In this document: positions 16,160-18,787 of the stretch, piece after piece
Position numbering within the stretch: the stretch's first letter is position 1
How the letters are laid out: the number at the start of each line of letters is the position of its first letter
Virus record (IMG/VR): IMGVR_UViG_2778261532_000018
Coordinates: 1 to 18,787 of that record
Length of the DNA: 18,787 nt
Origin: a virus
Taxonomy: Duplodnaviria; Heunggongvirae; Uroviricota; Caudoviricetes
Reading direction: 5' to 3' (one strand)
Notes under the pieces: generated by a model
Seen by the model: the letters and a program-made list of their open reading frames with translations, nothing else
Told to the model about the DNA's origin: nothing
Database searches by the model: none
Made by a program: the position numbers and the translations under genes

Positions 16160-16441
16160 ATGCATTTTCCTGGCAGCGGGCTTCATATTCTGTGTGCTTA
16201 TGCTTGCCGACATGGGGCTTGTTCAGTGACACCTCAGCAAGAAAACGCCCTTCGCAGCATTGCCCGTCAGGCTAATTCTGAAATCAAAAAAGCCAGACAG
16301 CAGTTTCCGGATAAAAACGTCGATGACATTTGCCGTAGCGTACTGAAGAAGCACCGCGAAACGGTAACGCTGATGGGATTCACACCGACTCATTTAAGCC
16401 TGGCAATCGGCATGTTAAACGGCGTTTTTAAGGAACGGTGA
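16160..16441 (+). CDS. Hypothetical protein at the lambda orf61 position (start uncertain)
   Basis: 93-aa track ORF; a 27-codon hydrophobic ORF (16146-16229, MTTTECIFLAAGFIFCVLMLADMGLVQ) overlaps its 5' part in another frame, so the true start or frame is unresolved. Confidence 0.45.
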   Translation: MHFPGSGLHILCAYACRHGACSVTPQQENALRSIARQANSEIKKARQQFPDKNVDDICRSVLKKHRETVTLMGFTPTHLSLAIGMLNGVFKER

Positions 16442-16539
16442 ACATGAAAAGCAAAATCATCAGGGAGCTACAGGCTCCTTTTTTATTATTCGCATTCACC
16501 CTCAAGCGTATTAACCAACAATTCAGGGATTAATGAAAG

Positions 16540-16761
16540 ATGGCAGACATCATTGATTCAGCATCAGAAATTGAAGAATTACAGCGCAACACAGCAATAA
16601 AAATGCGCCGCCTGAACCACCAGGCTATATCTGCCACTTATTGTTGTGAGTGTGGCGATCCGATAGATGAACGAAGACGCCTGGCCGTTCAGGGTTGTCG
16701 GACTTGTGCAAGTTGCCAGGAAGATCTGGAGCTTATCAGTAAACAGAGAGGTTCGAAGTGA
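16540..16761 (+). CDS. TraR/DksA-family C4 zinc-finger protein
   Basis: 73-aa product with CCECGDPIDERRRLAVQGCRTCASC four-cysteine motif typical of phage TraR-like proteins. Confidence 0.7.
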   Translation: MADIIDSASEIEELQRNTAIKMRRLNHQAISATYCCECGDPIDERRRLAVQGCRTCASCQEDLELISKQRGSK

Positions 16762-17441
16762 GCGAAATTAACTCTCAGGCACTGCGGGCCAAGGCAGAAA
16801 AAGCAACGTGTGGTGAGTGGTCGCTCGAATATGGAGAGAGCCGATTTGATGGTGATGATGCGCTAATTCATCGTGAAGTTGCTGGATATATTCCTATTTG
16901 CAGAATTGAAGGAGCGCATCCAGAAAGCGGTTTCGATGAAGATTTCCAAATGGAACAGCAGGCCAATGCTGAATTCATCGCCGCAGCCAATCCCGCTACC
17001 GTCTTGGCGCTGCTGGATGAGCTGGAAAGAAACCAGCAATACATCAAACGCCGCGACCAGGAGAACGAGGATATTGCGCTTACGGTTGGGAAGCTGAGAG
17101 TTGAGCTTGAGGAGACAAAATCAAAACTCAACGAGCAGCGTGAGTATTACGAAGGCGTTATCTCGGATGGGAGTAAGCGCATTGCTGAACTGGAAAGCAA
17201 CGAAGTCCATGAAGACGGAAATCAGTTTCTTGTTGTTCGCCACCCCGGGAAATCTCCGGTAATCAAGCACTGCACTGGTGACCTGGAAGAGTTTCTGCGG
17301 AAGTTAATCGAACAAGACCCGTTAGTAACTATCGACATCATTACGCATCGCTATTACGGGATTGGCGGTCAATGGGTTCAGGATGCAGTTGAGTATCTGC
17401 ATATGATGTCTGACGCTGGCATTCGCATCAAAGGAGAGTGA
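16758..17441 (+). CDS. Ea22-family protein (lambda Ea22-like, divergent N-terminal region)
   Basis: 227-aa product; MSEINSQALRAKAEKA start and C-terminal ~150 aa (QQYIKRRDQENEDIALTVGKLRVELEE...HMMSDAGIRIKGE) match lambda Ea22 as I recall it. Confidence 0.75.
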   Translation: MSEINSQALRAKAEKATCGEWSLEYGESRFDGDDALIHREVAGYIPICRIEGAHPESGFDEDFQMEQQANAEFIAAANPATVLALLDELERNQQYIKRRDQENEDIALTVGKLRVELEETKSKLNEQREYYEGVISDGSKRIAELESNEVHEDGNQFLVVRHPGKSPVIKHCTGDLEEFLRKLIEQDPLVTIDIITHRYYGIGGQWVQDAVEYLHMMSDAGIRIKGE

Positions 17442-17442
17442 T

Positions 17443-17925
17443 ATGAGCGCTATAACCAAAGAACGTATCGAATTATTCATTAAAAATCCGCTCGATAACG
17501 GACTTACCCGTGGCGAACAAATGGAACTGGCACGAATTGCACTGGCATCGCTGGAAGCAGAGCCGGTGGTGTGGAAGGTAACATTCACGCAAATTGACCG
17601 TGAATATAACACGTTCACTGGTATGTATTCTGACAAAGCAGAAGTCGAACGGTGGCTGCGGCTGCATAAAGCATGTAATTTTCGGGCAGATATAACACCG
17701 CTTTATACCGCCAAGCCAGTGCCGGTAACTCCGGATGGTTGGATAAGCTGTAGTGAGCGAATGCCCGCTCAAGATGATTGGATTTTAATTTATTCAAAGC
17801 ACGGTGAGTATATGGCAGGACAGGTGCAAGGGGAATACGTGGAGTTGAGCGACGGCACTTTATCGTGGTTAGGGAACGCCTTGCTCTGGATGCCGCTACC
17901 AGAAACGCCGCAGGAGGTGAAGTGA
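17443..17925 (+). CDS. DUF551-like prophage protein
   Basis: 160-aa ORF, C-terminal region (WISCSERMPAQDDWILIYSKHGEY...) resembles DUF551 domains common in the early-left regions of lambdoid prophages. Confidence 0.55.
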   Translation: MSAITKERIELFIKNPLDNGLTRGEQMELARIALASLEAEPVVWKVTFTQIDREYNTFTGMYSDKAEVERWLRLHKACNFRADITPLYTAKPVPVTPDGWISCSERMPAQDDWILIYSKHGEYMAGQVQGEYVELSDGTLSWLGNALLWMPLPETPQEVK

Positions 17926-18197
17926 TGGACTCCTTCGCGAAATATACGATTATTGACTGGATAGCATTCCTTCAGGTTTTGCTCATCTGGTTTTATATGG
18001 CTTACAGGAGTGGACAGTGGATTGTCAGTGTAGCCTATAGCAAGGGATGGCGTTGGTGGAACCGAAAGAATAAAAAAACACTGGCCTTGGATTCGTTTTA
18101 CGAAGCATTCAATCTTAACAGTCTTCAGCCTGGTTCTGTCGTTGTAGTCACCACTCAAAGCGTCATGATCATTCAGATTCATAAACCAAAAGAGTAA
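17925..18197 (+). CDS. Small predicted membrane protein (one hydrophobic helix)
   Basis: 90-aa product from MDSFAKYTIIDWIAFLQVLLIWFYMAY...; strong CAGGAGG SD; ATG overlaps the upstream stop (TGATG). Confidence 0.5.
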   Translation: MDSFAKYTIIDWIAFLQVLLIWFYMAYRSGQWIVSVAYSKGWRWWNRKNKKTLALDSFYEAFNLNSLQPGSVVVVTTQSVMIIQIHKPKE

Positions 18198-18199
18198 AA

Positions 18200-18289
18200 A
18201 TGATGTGGCCTATATGTGTTAATTGCGGACGGATGTGCCTATCTGGATGGTGCCGAAAGTGCGACAAATGCACGAAGAAAAGACAATAA
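18200..18289 (+). CDS. Small cysteine-rich peptide (29 aa, 7 Cys)
   Basis: Manually translated MMWPICVNCGRMCLSGWCRKCDKCTKKRQ; starts 3 nt after the upstream stop; weak SD; below ORF-track cutoff. Confidence 0.3.
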   Translation: MMWPICVNCGRMCLSGWCRKCDKCTKKRQ

Positions 18290-18518
18290 CAATCCTCGCA
18301 CTCGCGGGGATTTCTTTTATCTGAACTCACTACGGCGAGTTTTGTTTTATGGAGATGATAAATGCACTTCCGAGTCACAGGTGAATAGAATGGAGAACCA
18401 TTCAACAGAGTTATCGAAGCAGAGAACATCAACGACTGCTATGACCACTGGATGATATGGGTGCAGATAGCACATGCAGACGTAACCAATATTTGTATTG
18501 AAGAACTGAAAGAACACC

Positions 18519-18543
18519 AAGCCGCCTGATGGCGGTTTTTTAT
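18519..18543 (+). terminator. Intrinsic terminator upstream of the excisionase-like gene
   Basis: GCCGCC-TGAT-GGCGG followed by TTTTTTATT. Confidence 0.65.
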
Positions 18544-18586
18544 TACCTGATTTGCAGGTTCGATTCCCTATTCGGAGATAGCACTC

Positions 18587-18787
18587 ATGCAACACGAACT
18601 ACAGCCTGATTCACTGGTTGATTTGAAATTCATCATGGCCGATACTGGCTTCGGTAAAACCTTCATCTATGACCGGATTAAGTCCGGCGACCTGCCAAAA
18701 GCCAAAGTTATCCACGGGCGAGCAAGATGGTTATATCGTGACCATTGTGAATTCAAAAATAAGCTCTTAAGCCGCGCCAATGGGTAA
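18587..18787 (+). CDS. Excisionase-like DNA-binding protein (not lambda Xis), at window edge
   Basis: 66-aa ORF with GGAGA SD at the position where xis precedes int in lambdoid phages; sequence differs from lambda Xis; stop codon is the last three bases of the window. Confidence 0.5.
   Translation: MQHELQPDSLVDLKFIMADTGFGKTFIYDRIKSGDLPKAKVIHGRARWLYRDHCEFKNKLLSRANG

Larger units (their letters stand above)
1..18787. mobile_element. Lambdoid prophage segment (lysis, nin, replication, immunity and pL recombination modules), reverse of standard lambda map orientation
   Basis: Gene order S-R-Rz, Q, nin genes, ren-P-O, cII, cro on minus strand and cI, N, cIII, kil, gam, bet, exo on plus strand; many products match lambda proteins as I recall them. 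Confidence 0.9.

Noticed and set aside
17790-18182. 130-aa minus-strand ORF
   Set aside because: Antisense to the plus-strand membrane-protein gene (17925-18197), which has a strong SD and fits the operon direction.
18216-18595. ORFs 18216-18455 (plus) and 18347-18595 (minus)
   Set aside because: No SD or coupling signals; the region contains an intrinsic terminator and the leader of the excisionase-like gene; the short cysteine-rich ORF at 18200-18289 is a better candidate for the plus-strand signal.
1-18787. Search for CRISPR arrays, integrase, cos site and Shiga-toxin or other toxin cargo between Q and S
   Set aside because: No regularly spaced direct repeats, no integrase ORF (the window ends at the excisionase-like gene), no cos-like sequence, and the Q-S interval holds only the two tRNA-like genes.

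Overview
The window is a contiguous slice of a lambdoid prophage, a lambda/P22-type mosaic, shown in the orientation opposite to the standard lambda map. All protein identifications rest on my recollection of lambda and P22 proteins plus signals read directly from the sequence; no database search was run. Minus strand, low to high coordinates: a KilA-N gene pair, two tandem terminators, a lysis cassette (shortened Rz, R endolysin, S holin with dual start), two tRNA genes, a non-lambda Q antiterminator, a densely coupled nin region (ninI, ninG, an inserted HNH endonuclease, ninF, an extra ORF, ninE, ninC, an adenine methyltransferase, ninB), then ren, P, O with the ori iterons, OOP RNA, a P22-c1-like cII, nutR and cro. 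Plus strand: a chimeric cI, an unrecognised AT-rich gene in the slot lambda uses for rexAB, OL/pL, P22-type nutL and N, an unrecognised convergent gene pair, then lambda-type cIII, kil, gam, bet, exo, orf60a, orf63, a TraR-like protein, an Ea22-family protein, a DUF551-like protein, small ORFs and an excisionase-like gene at the window edge. No integrase, cos, structural genes, CRISPR array or toxin genes are present. The best candidates for an undescribed accessory function are the rexAB-slot cassette (11407-12061), the convergent pair with upstream repeats (12784-13541) and the HNH cassette inserted into ninG (4850-5478).
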